Below, one piece after another: positions 38,963-51,419 of a stretch of DNA of 64,000 nucleotides (position 1 is its first letter; the number at the start of each line of letters is the position of its first letter). The notes beneath the pieces were generated by a model that saw only the letters and a program-made list of their open reading frames with translations, made no database searches and was not told the DNA's origin. This DNA is from Eledone cirrhosa (Eukaryota). The translations under genes were made by a program, and so were the position numbers. Location: the NCBI GenBank assembly GCA_964016885.1, contig OZ024743.1, positions 71,238,001 through 71,302,000 on the forward strand, in the 5' to 3' direction.

Positions 38963-39061
<99 letters not shown>

Positions 39062-39518
39062 GCTCATACATACACACACATTCAGGCAAACATACATACG
39101 CATATTTTCATAACTTTTATTATCAATAATGAGTATTTACTTCGAGGTTTCGCCAGAAGAAACAGACAATGTTTATAATATATATTATAGTGACTCGTAA
39201 CGCAGTATAATACTTTATTCAGCACATAATTAGTGTGTGTACTCATTTATATATCTATTACATGTATGTATATATATGCGTGTGTGTGTATGTCTGTATG
39301 GCTGCGCGCGTGTGCGCTAGCGTGTGTGTGTGTGTGAATGTGGTATATTTTGCTTTCAATTTCTCACTAATCAAGTGTGTGTTTCTAGCAGAAGAAAAGT
39401 CTTTTATTGGAATTTAGACATTATCGACTAAATAATTATGTATGTCTGCCTGTATGAGTAGATCTGTATGTTTTGGCTACTACATGTCAACATATACCTG
39501 TCTCTATGTCTGCATATA

Positions 39519-39562
39519 CAGTGACCAAAGAAAACTGACCCCGTGTACGTTTGGTGTCACTG
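39519..39562. mobile_element. 44-bp Tc1-like mini-element
   Basis: TA-CAGTGACCAAA ... TTTGGTGTCACTG-TA. Confidence 0.45.
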
Positions 39563-39859
39563 TATATTCATTTTCTATTTGATCAACCTTAATTTCAGGA
39601 CATTGCAGATACAACGTCTTGAAAGATAGGAAGACCCCAAAGCAAGCTCCGGCACCGGGTTTTCTGTGTGACACACTACTATATCTGTGGCGTGTACCAG
39701 CAGTTCTTGGAGTAATTTCATGCAATTATTTTTTGGAACTGACAAATCTCCCTTCAATACCGATATATAAAACTGGGTGACGACGTTTGAGACATATTGG
39801 ACAGTGGTAAACCCCAATACAATGTCTGAATACCGTCATACCCACTCTAGATGACTCAG

Positions 39860-40868
39860 AAAGTTAATATAATTAGAGAGACTGTTGAATAGAGCCCTAA
39901 ACGATCGCTGAACAGGAGAGGCCAATCTCTGTGTCTCCACAAGAGAAACTTGCAGAAGGGTTATCAAAGAGGAACTTAAGAAGTACCACTATAGAATACA
40001 GAGTAAATAAAAGCTTACTGTAGCTGATAATACAAAGTGAAAGACTATGACTGAGAAAACGTTGGAGAAGATGGAAAGCAACCCAAATTTTCTGAATTTG
40101 ATGAAGACCTCTGATAACGCCCACTTTCACATAGAGGGGAAGATTGTCTCTAAGAAACCCCCTTAAAATAGCTGCGAAATCTCTGCCCTCGTCTCAATGT
40201 ACCGTCTGGGCAGCCATTTCTGAGAGAGGGTTGATTGATCCATTCTGTTTCGGAGAAATTAGTGTTACTGCTACAGTCACAAAGGAACCCCATGTGGTGA
40301 TCGTGGAAGAGTTGCAAAAGGAGCAACATACCATGTACACATCCCTAATAAATAAGTTTTGGTTCCAGCCAGACAAAGCAAGACCTCACACCTTCAGCGT
40401 GATGTAAGAATGGCAGAAAAAATAACTTTGGAAAACGTATGGTCAGTTTGAAGACAGATTTTGAGTGTGCCCTACAAGCCCTAATTTAAGCCCCCGGTCC
40501 AGATTTCTTTCGCTGGGGCTATCTGAAGGAAAGGTCATATCCCAATAAACCCAGAACCATCAATGAACTAAGAGAGGAAATCAGGGCCATCCCTAGGTCT
40601 GTTTCTAAAGACATTATGTTAAATCTCACCCCGCACCTAAAAAAATGTATATATTCAAATGGCGAGGGGGGGGGGGGGAAGGATAATTTGGAACATGTGC
40701 GACAACTCTGGTCAAAAACATTAAGAGTTAGTGAATTTGATGTTATTTTCAGTGACTTAAACTAAATATATTCGGAGCTTTATCAGATTTTGTCCCCACC
40801 CCCAATAAGGTAGACAAAATACGAAAATAAAAAATGGATTCAGTCAGTTATTTTTGAATCGCCCTCTG
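39860..40868 (+). pseudogene. Degraded Tc1/mariner-superfamily transposase with right TIR
   Basis: TSDNAHFH, TVWAAIS..GLIDPF, WFQPDKARPHT and SP.L.P.DFF.WGYLK remnants; end ..TTTTTGAATCGCCCTCTG. Confidence 0.75.
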
Positions 40869-40932
40869 TTTATGTATGTTTATGTATGTATATATATATA
40901 TATACATACGTATATATATATATATGTATATA

Positions 40933-41095
<163 letters not shown>

Positions 41096-41332
41096 ATACA
41101 TAAACAGAGGGCGATTCAAAAATAACTGACTGAATCCATTTTTTATTTTTGTATTTTGTCTACATTATTGGGGATGGGGACAAAATCTGATGAAGCTCCG
41201 AATATATTTAGTTTAAGTCACTGAAAATAACATCAAATTCACTAACTCTTATATAACGAAGGAAATATGGTAAGGAACCAGATGGACCATAACGCACCAA
41301 AGTACTCAATACTTAGGGTAGTAGAGTGGGTA

Positions 41333-41446
41333 ATAGGAACAAGTATGACCTGGACGGCAGAGCTCAAGCCGTTTCGACGGCTAATTCTGGAGTCCAGAAT
41401 TAGCCGTCGAAACGGCTTGAGCTCTGCCGTCTGGGTCATACTTGTT

Positions 41447-41451
<5 letters not shown>
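41333..41451. repeat. Near-perfect 119-bp palindrome built from a hammerhead 3' half
   Basis: ATAGGAACAAGTATGACC..GCTAATTCTGGA G TCCAGAATTAGC..GGTCATACTTGTTCCTAT. Confidence 0.9.
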
Positions 41452-41493
<42 letters not shown>

Positions 41494-42009
41494 TATAGTA
41501 TAATTTGGAAACTCACATGTGTGTGTGTGTGATCTTGATTGGAGAGTGGGGAGAGTGCAACACGTTCAAATTGTCTTGCTAATCCTCATTCGATATATCA
41601 TTGCATGTCGAAGAGTTGGAATCATAATATAATAAAGTGTGGGACCTATGTCCTGAATATATTTTTTATATCCCGTTAGTAAAATAAGTTGGTTTACTTT
41701 AAATAGATAATGGATGAATATTACATAATTTATGTACTAAATTTCGTAACACTTGATTAAATATAAATAATTTTATTGCTTATTTCAAGATTCCCTTCTT
41801 TAAACATTTTCAAATGTCAATATTTCCGGTTATGATATAATGGACGCTATATCACATCGCTTATTTAATCGTTCATATAAACGTTCATTTCACCGTAATG
41901 GAGTTTATATATAATATCGTATTTTTTAAATGTATCATATTTTACATTCCTGATTACAGACGAGATTGTAACACAGTCTCTCTTTAATTTCTGTGCATAT
42001 TCTCAATAT

Positions 42010-43180
42010 GATTTTATTTGACGTATATCTACATGTGTATATATTTGACGTATCATATCCACATGTGTATATATTTGACGTATCATATCTACATCTGTAT
42101 ATATTTAACGTATCATATCTACATGTGTATATATTTGACGTATATCTACATGTGTATATATTTGACGTATCATATCTACATCTGTATATATTTGGCGTAT
42201 CATATCTACATGTGTATATATTTGACGTATCATATCTACATGTGTATATATTTGACGTATCATATCAACATGTGTATATATTTGACGTATCATATCTACA
42301 TCTGTATATATTTGACGTATCATATCTACATCTGTATATATTTAACGTATCATATCTACATGTGTATATATTTGACGTATCATATCTACATCTGTATATA
42401 TTTGACATATCATATCTACATGTGTATATATTTGAGGTATCATATCCACATGTGTATATATTTGACGTATCATATCTACATCTGTATATATTTGACGTAT
42501 CATATCTACATCTGTATATATTTGACATATCATATCTACATGTGTATATATTTGAGGTATCATATCTACATGTGTATATATTTGACGTATCATATCTACA
42601 TCTGTATATATTTGACATATCATATCTACATGTGTATATATTTGAGGTATCATATCCACATGTGTATATATTTGACGTATCATATCTACATCTGTATATA
42701 TTTGACGTATCATATCTACATCTGTATATATTTGACATATCATATCTACATGTGTATATATTTGAGGTATCATATCTACATGTGTATATATTTGACGTAT
42801 CATATCTACATCTGTATATATTTGACATATCATATCTATATGTGTATATATTTGACATATCATATCTACATGTGTATATATTTGACATATCATATCTACA
42901 TGTGTATATATTTGACGTATCATATCTACATGTGTATATATTTGAGGTATCATATCTACATGTGTATATATTTGACGTATCATATCTACATGTGTATATA
43001 TTTGACGTATCATATCCACATGTGTATATATTTGACATATCATATCTACATGTGTATTAATTTGACGTATCATATCTACATCTGTATATATTTGAGGTAC
43101 CATATCTACATGTGTATATATTTGACATATCATATCTACATGTGTATATATTTGACGTATCATATCTACATGTGTATAAA
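42010..43180. repeat. 30-bp minisatellite, ~39 copies
   Basis: Unit TTTGACGTATCATATCTACATGTGTATATA. Confidence 0.97.
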
Positions 43181-43261
43181 TTAGCGGGTGGTGTTTCTGG
43201 TAGTATAGATTCATGTTTCTCGTCTCGTTCTTCATCCGGCTATCAGTGTGACATAGAACTG

Positions 43262-44993
43262 CTGATCTTGGGGTCTACAACTATAGCAACAGGACTTATC
43301 TTGGGGTCTACAACTATAGCAACATGACTTATCTTGGGGTCTACAACTATAGCAACAGGACTTATCTTGGGGTCTACAACAACAACAACAGGACTGATCT
43401 TGGGGTCTACAACTATAGCAACAGGACTTATCTTGGGGTCTACAACTATAGCAACAGGACTTATCTTGGGGTCTACAACTATAACAACAGGACTGATCTT
43501 GGGGTCTACAACAACAACAACAGGACTGATCTTGGGGTCTACAACTATAGCAACAGGACTTATCTTGGGGTCTACAACTATAACAACAGGACTGATCTTG
43601 GGGTCTACAACAACAACAACAGGACTGATCTTGGGGTCTACAAATATAGCAACAGGACTTATCTTGGGGTCTACAACTATAACAACAGGACTGATCTTGG
43701 GGTCTACAACAACAACAACAGGACTGATCTTGGGGTCTACAACAACAACAACAGGACTGATATTGGGGTCTACAACTATAACAACAACTGGACTGATCTT
43801 GGGGTCTACAATTATAACAACAGGACTGATCTTGGGGTCTACAACTATAACAACAGGACTGATCTTGGGGTCTACAACAACAACAACTGGACTGATCTTG
43901 GGGTCTACAACTATAACAACAGGACTGATCTTGGGGTCTACAACTATAACAACAGGACTGATCTTGGGGTCTACAACAACAACAACAGGACTAATCTTGG
44001 GGTCTACAACTATAACAACAGGACTGATCTTGGGGTCTACAACTATAACAACAACTGGACTGATCTTGGGGTCTACAACTATAACAACAGGACTGATCTT
44101 GGGGTCTACAACTATAACAACAACTGGACTGATCTTGGGGTCTACAACTATAACAACAGAACTGATCTTGGGGTCTACAACAACAACAACAGGAGTGATC
44201 TTGGGGTCTACAACAACAACAACAGGACTGATCTTGGGGTCTACAACTATAACAACAGGACTGATCTTGGGGTCTACAACTATAACAACAACTGGACTGA
44301 TCTTGGGGTCTACAACTATAACAACAGAACTGATCTTGGGGTCTACACCAGCAACAACAGGAGTGATCTTGGAGTCTACAACAACAACAACAGGACTGAT
44401 CTTGGGGTCTACAACTATAACAACAGGACTGATCTTGGGGTCTACAACTATAACAACAACTGGACTGATCTTGGGGTCTACAACTATAACAACAGAACTG
44501 ATCTTGGGGTCTACAACAACAACAACAACAGGAGTGATCTTGGGGTCTACAACAACAACAACAGGACTGATCTTGGGGTCTACAACTATAACAACAGGAC
44601 TGATGTTGGGGTCTACAACTATAACAACAACTGGACTGATCTTGGGGTCTACAACTATAACAACAGAACTGATCTTGGGGTCTACACCAGCAACAACAGG
44701 AGTGATCTTGGGGTCTACAACAACAACAACAGGACTGATCTTGGGGTCTACAACTATAACAACAGAACTGATCTTGGGGTCTACACCAGCAACAACAGGA
44801 CTGATCTTGGGGTCTACAACAACAACAACAGGACTGATCTTGGGGTCTACAACTATAACAACAGAACTGATCTTGGGGTCTACACCAGCAACAACAGGAC
44901 TGATCTTGGGGTCTACACCAGCAACAACAGGACTGATCTTGGGGTCTACACCAGCAACAACAGGAGTGATCTTGGGATCTACAACAACAACAA
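43262..44993. repeat. 33/36-bp minisatellite, ~51 copies
   Basis: Unit ACTGATCTTGGGGTCTACAACTATAACAACAGG. Confidence 0.97.
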
Positions 44994-45121
44994 TAGCTTG
45001 CGAGTGGAATTGGGTAGATAGAAACTGTTTGAAAGCTTGTTGGGTGGTGTGATCCTGTAAATCATTGAGTCAGCCTTGTCACACAAGAATTATATTAAGA
45101 GTACACGTGTCTATGGAATCT

Positions 45122-45335
45122 TTTCTAATTTAGGCACCAGGCCAACCGTTTTTTGGGAGGGGAAAGTCAATTAAATCGACCCAAGTGTGATACTGATACT
45201 TTATTATATCGACCCAGTAAGGATCAAAGGTAAAGCAAACCTCGACAGGATTTGAACTCAGAGCGTAAAGGGCCGTAACTCTATACCGCAAAAAATGTTG
45301 TACGACGCTCTACCGATTACTGCCAACCCACCTCC
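45122..45335 (-). mobile_element. OK-like SINE
   Basis: Reverse complement of the SINE core (GGATTTGAACTCAG). Confidence 0.75.
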
Positions 45336-45555
45336 CTCACATGTCTATGGAATACTCAGCCAATTATATGTTAATTCTCTCGCGGGCTGAAAGAATCTTT
45401 GTCAAATCCGACGGAGATCCATCCCATACTAACTCATTCATGTTACCAGCGATTCTCCTGTTGTAAAAATCAAACGAACAACTCTAGTTTATTCAGGTTC
45501 AACTAAATTACAAATAGATGTAAGCGGCCGTTTTCACTGTGATTAAGAATGATTA

Positions 45556-45604
45556 ATCGATCCCTGATGAGGCTCTGACAAAAGTTGAAACTAGTCAGAT
45601 CGAT
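45556..45604 (+). ncRNA. Minimal type I hammerhead ribozyme
   Basis: ATCGATCc-CTGATGA-GGCT ctgacaaa AGTT-GAAA-CTAG-TC-aGATCGAT: 7-bp stem I, palindromic ACTAGT stem III, GUC cleavage triplet. Confidence 0.75.
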
Positions 45605-45748
45605 ATCTTTTCCTGACCAGCGATTGGAAGATATGTGATTTAATCACATTACTGTATCTGTCATTTCGAATCGAGTTTAAATGTATGTTTATTATAAACA
45701 CGGACTTGTATTCTTATCATACACTTTTATTTTTGCCACACACACACG

Positions 45749-45798
<50 letters not shown>

Positions 45799-45804
45799 CA
45801 CACA

Positions 45805-45904
<100 letters not shown>

Positions 45905-46428
45905 TCATAGAAAATATACATATAGATACATAAGAATAAACAAATATATTTGTGATGTCTCTCCTTTACCAGTTTTGCTCGATGAATGAATTAAATAAAT
46001 AATCAATTATTAATGTGAAAAGCAATTAGACAAACAAATCCTAGTCATTATTCATAGTCCCGGCGGCGCAGTTTCACCGAGTGGTGTACAGTCAAAATAC
46101 AGTTAAAGTGCACCCAAGGTAGTCGGGGTGTCAAGAGACTCTCTCAGTGTAAGGACAGATTCCCCTGAACTGACCTGACAGAATTTTCTGACAGAATTTT
46201 CGACAGAGAAAATTATCACGTGGTTTTACGGACTCTGGGGGGAGGGGGGAGTCCATGTAATATTCTTGGGGGTCCACAGGCAAAACATATTCTTTTGTCG
46301 AATAGCTATAAGGGAAAAGGGGTCCATGAGTAAAAAAAGGTTGAGAATCACTGGTCTAAACAGAGAGGTAGTAACGGGTAGACTGTTGGCGAGTAACAGT
46401 CTACCCTTTACTACACCTCTGTTATGAA

Positions 46429-46690
46429 GGCGCATGGCTTAGTGGTTAGAGCATTGGTCTTGCAATCGAAAGGTTGTGAGTTCAATTCTCGGACCGGGGG
46501 ATGTGTTGTTTCCTTGAGCAAGACACCATATTTCATGTTACTTCAGTTTACTCAGCTGTAGAAATGAGATGATAGGGCTGGGTCCCTATCATTAAATTAC
46601 CCAAGACACCTCCAACGAGAAATACCTTGGAGGAGGCCAGCTAAACCTGCATAGGTGTGAGCTGTCACACACAGAATGTGGAAAGTAATA
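46429..46690 (+). mobile_element. OR-like tRNA/CORE-type SINE
   Basis: A-box TGGCTTAGTGG, B-box GAGTTCAATTC, CCTTGAGCAAGACAC core. Confidence 0.8.
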
Positions 46691-46744
46691 TGATATAAGG
46701 CTAAGCATTGCAAAATAGACTGTAAGGTGAAGGCAATGAACAAG

Positions 46745-46941
46745 TTAGTTACCTGGTAATCTTTGTTTTTTTTGTGTTGTTTCTTTCGTCCTAATATTTC
46801 GGGATTTAAAACTCCCTTCGAATAGACCGGAACATTTTTTTTTTTTCTCTGAAAGTTCATTATACGCCGTCGAAGGGAATTTTAAGTCCTGAAATATTAG
46901 GACGAAAGAACCCCACCCCATCAAGATTACCAGGTAATTAA
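46745..46941. mobile_element. Fold-back MITE
   Basis: TTACCTGGTAATCTT / AAGATTACCAGGTAA and TTCTTTCGTCCTAATATTTC / GAAATATTAGGACGAAAGAA. Confidence 0.75.
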
Positions 46942-47031
46942 CTATTTCGTTGCCTCCCTCTTTCCACCCATTTTGCATTGTTTAGCCTTCTTATATATAT
47001 CAATTTCCACATTATAAATTATAAAAATCGC

Positions 47032-47076
47032 TTCTACAGGACTAGAACTGTTTCATTCAAAAGAAATTATCAGGAA
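47032..47076 (-). ncRNA. Degenerate hammerhead (CTGATAA core), family of 10230
   Basis: Minus strand TTC-CTGATAA-tttcttttgaat-GAAACAG..CTGTA-GAA. Confidence 0.4.
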
Positions 47077-47206
47077 AGATTTTGTCTGATGATCCTGTGA
47101 TGAAGGGGCGAAACTCCATAATAAGAAAGGTCACTGTTTAGCCTTAATAAAATGAATATTATAACTATAATTTGGTATTGAGTGCTGTTTTCACTCAACC
47201 ACATAC

Positions 47207-47313
<107 letters not shown>

Positions 47314-47469
47314 TTTGTGCATATCACAAAATCGAATTTCATCTGAGGATACCGTTCTCATAACAACAACAAATGCATGATTTACACCTTGATTGCATGG
47401 AAGAACCGTTGAAATAATTATAATGAATAAACGATTTATGTAACATCAGCATCTTTATTAATGTTATTG

Positions 47470-47625
47470 CAATGCTTTTCAGCATAGTTAGGTCCCTTTA
47501 CGGTCTGAATTCAAATCCCGTCAAGGTTAACTTTGCCTTTCATCCTTACGGGGTCGATAAAATAAAGTACCAGTAATGCACTGGGATAATTGCTGGCTTC
47601 GTGCTAAAAGTAGAAACAATTATTA
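47470..47625 (+). mobile_element. OK-like SINE, 5'-truncated
   Basis: Core plus tail GTGCTAAAAGTAGAAACAATTATT. Confidence 0.8.
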
Positions 47626-47661
47626 CTATATATATATTCAACTATTTTATATAGAAATTAT

Positions 47662-47706
47662 TTCTACAAGACTAGATCTGTTTCATTCGTATGAAATCAT
47701 CAGGAA
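47662..47706 (-). ncRNA. Hammerhead motif, family of 10230
   Basis: Minus strand TTC-CTGATGA-tTTCatacGAAt-GAAACAG atctagtc TTGTA-GAA. Confidence 0.5.
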
Positions 47707-48499
47707 TGTCTGATAAAATTGTTCATATTGGTTATTTATAGGTTTCGTGGAATGATGTTGAGTAGGGAAGGGGGAGTGTATGAAGAAAGAGTAGGAGGAG
47801 TAATAGAAGAGGCTGGAGAAAGGCGGAGAAGAAGGTGGAGAAGATGTAGACGGACTGAAGAATTATACTGGCACTCCGTCGGTTACGACGACGAGTATTC
47901 CAGTTGATGCGATCATTTAGGCACAAGGCTATCAATTTTGTGTGAGGGGACAATCCCCGGTATTTGTTTGTCTTCCTTTCCTCTGCATTGCGGGCTGCAG
48001 TACTGGGATTTCTGACTGTAGATATTTAAAGGTTTAATATCGTCATTTTCTACATAAAGTCCTCAGTTATTTCACTAAGGATTGTTAACATGTTGCTATT
48101 TAAAGCTTTAATATCACCATTAACTATTTGTTGTCTAGATATTACTGTTTTTAGGTCAACTTGGAAAACATCGATTTGGCTCTTGAGGAGCCTGACTTGC
48201 TTGTTTTTGTAGTGGAATAGCATGTTTTCCGTCTGTAAATCAATTTGGAGTTTGTTTGTTTTTTACTATTCTATGATGGCTTCAGTCTTTCAAACAACGC
48301 CTCGTTTGTTTGTTTAAATATAATTTATCATCTTAAAGATTTTGCAATCTGAACTTCTTCAAGTCAATTTCTACTCATCTTTTTGAAGAGTGTATTTGCT
48401 ACTTCAGATCTTATGAAAGGCAAATATTTATGAGGTTTTGTCATCTGTCCAATATTTTGTTTTACATTGCGTTTAAGTTTCTCACTACCAGGGTGTATT

Positions 48500-48715
48500 T
48501 ACGGCGGTGAATTGGTAGTCTTTATGGCAACGGATAAAATGCTTTGCGGCATTTAATTACGAGTCTCTACATTCAGAATTCAAATTCAGCCGAGATCAGC
48601 TTTGCCTTTCATCCCTCTGTGGTTGATAAAATATAGTACCAATCACTTACTGGATCAATACACATCAACTACCCCACCCTCACCGAATTGTTGGCCTTCT
48701 ATTTAAATTACAAAT
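48500..48715 (+). mobile_element. OK-like SINE, diverged
   Basis: GGCGGTGAATTGG head; GAATTCAAATTC..CTTTGCCTTTCATCC. Confidence 0.7.
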
Positions 48716-49253
48716 CACCACAAGAATCTACTAGCTTTTGCGATATTCGATTACTTTGTTCGTCTATTTATAGGATAGTTCATTCTTTTCAAGGAGCACG
48801 TAGAAATGGAGACGTCTGGTGTCCTTGACCTTAGGGTCACCTTCCTACTCACCGCCATCGGCACAGAGTTGATTACCCGCAGGTAACTGAGACTTATAAT
48901 GGTCCATTTCTTATTTCCTCTTCTGTTTGGCTGGTGAGACGTGACTCATCTGAAAGCCTACATGCATTCCAGCTTCTAACTTTATACGAAGATATTTTAT
49001 GGCGTCATATATGAGAATTACTTCTCCCGTAACCCCACCCTACATCAGGTAAAGTAATACTACAGGTAAATCAATACAACAAACGTAAACCAACTATCAA
49101 CCACCCCCCAAAATACAATTATTTTTATTCTTCTTAACTTGTAACTCCTGTAAGGGCGCTGTAGTGAGATGCGGCGTTTCTTGGGTATTTTAACCCTGAT
49201 GGAGCCCCACCTTTCCTCTAGATCTGAATACAGCAGATTTCATCCAGAGAAGG

Positions 49254-49316
<63 letters not shown>

Positions 49317-49529
49317 GATGGAAGTGAGAAAGAGGTATAGAGGAATAATCAACCCAAATACTAGACTGGTACTTTTTGTATCTACTTCGAACGGATTAAA
49401 GGCAATTGACCCCTACTAACCTACAAAGCAATGTAGACAAAATAGAACATTATTGTAGATGAAATATACTTTTCAAACAAAACAATAAAACCCCAAATGT
49501 GGTAAAAAATTGAGGAAAGCTGCATCTTC

Positions 49530-49650
<121 letters not shown>

Positions 49651-50157
49651 AAAGGTGAAATTGAAAATAGTACGGAAAATAAATTTAAGGGTCTGGGTTT
49701 TTTTCTTCCTTTTTTTGATTCGTCAAAATGACATTATTGAAAAAATGAGAGGGACAATTCTTTTAAAAATAGAGTTTTATAATGTGTATAAACTATATAA
49801 AGTATTACTATTATAAAGTTGGGTATTAGGATTGGTGCTCTGAAATAGCGATGTATACATTTGGCAATATACTGTATGTTTAATTAAAAACATTTAAAAG
49901 AACATACGCTATCGGTTTTAAAGTAGAGACTATGTCACTTACTTCTTTTCGGCGAAAGAAGGGAGAGAAACTAACAGTATATTTCACGCTGGTTGGCGAT
50001 CATCAGAGCCACGTACACCCTGCTTCTGCCGAAAATTATTATAGAAACACCAATCCTAATACCTAACGTTTGCTGGACCAGCAATCGCTCTGTATAATCA
50101 GCTGCGTATTATTACTGGAATTCTATAAGAATCCAGCTTCTGTAATAATTTTCGGTA

Positions 50158-50260
50158 TCACACACAGTGTCACACACACACACACATAGGTGTGAACTGT
50201 CACACACACACACACATAGGTGTGAGCTGTCACACACACACACATATAGGTATGAGCTGT

Positions 50261-50291
<31 letters not shown>

Positions 50292-50301
50292 GTGTGAACT
50301 G

Positions 50302-50355
<54 letters not shown>

Positions 50356-50365
50356 GTGTGAGCTG

Positions 50366-50439
<74 letters not shown>

Positions 50440-50468
50440 ACACATAGGTGTGAGCTGTCACACACACA
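50158..50468. repeat. Compound repeat: ATAGGTGTGA(G/A)CTGT alternating with (CA)n, 6 units
   Basis: Direct. Confidence 0.9.
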
Positions 50469-50574
50469 ATCCACAAAAGAAGACTTTTATATACTTTCTA
50501 CTGTTACGGATTTCAGTATTTTTCCACTATTTAGCAAATCATTCTAGAGTGAAACTCATGTTTACACACATAGA

Positions 50575-50630
<56 letters not shown>

Positions 50631-50925
50631 TGTGTGTGTGTATTTGTGTGTGTGTGTGTGTGCATGTTTGTGCGCGTGCGTGTGTCCTTGTGTCTGTGTG
50701 CGTGCGTTTATGTGTGTGTGTGTGTGTGTGTTTGTGTGAGTGTGTGTTTGTGTGTGTATGTGTGTCTCTGTGTTTGTGTGTACGAGTATGTGTGTGTATT
50801 TGAATGTGTGTTTGTGTCTCTGTGTTTGTGTGTATCTGCCAATGCAGTGAAGTGTGCTAACAGTAAATATATCTAGAACAATACAATATGTTGCTTTTGT
50901 ACTAGCAGACATTCTTTCTTTCTCC

Positions 50926-50960
<35 letters not shown>

Positions 50961-51419
50961 ACACATATATACATATATAAAATAGTTCCAAGGAGTAGAG
51001 TTTCGGTTCTTTTAGCCTCTCCCAGTAGCTCATTAGCTCATCTCCATCGTGGCAATCCTCTTGGTGTAGCTTCGTTGGATTGCCCCAAGCTCCGTGGTTA
51101 GTTTGATACTATGGGGTGACCGCAGTTTGGAGCATTAATCCAGTCGGATTAGGACAAATGTCCTCCATAGGGTCTCTCGATCTCTTTGCCAGAAAATCCT
51201 CAAGATCCAGCCAGCGAGTCATCTGCACATTGTCGCCAACCTCATGATATGTGAAGAAAAAGATCCATCGGTGCTCATGTCTATCCTCAGGTCTCATATC
51301 GATTTCGTCATGGCGATTTCGATCCCTCCTGGGTGGGTGTAGCTGTGTTGTACTGTCTTTGTTTTAGCAGGCTGGTATTGTAGGGCTTGACATTTCCAGC
51401 ATTAAACTACATATTGTTG

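Noticed and set aside
43324-45021. TDLGVY repeat as an amplified CR1 RT DLGV motif
   Set aside because: Only four residues match and the flanks show no LINE homology
46429-46500. tRNA gene
   Set aside because: A and B boxes are present but the sequence continues into a SINE body and no clean cloverleaf is visible
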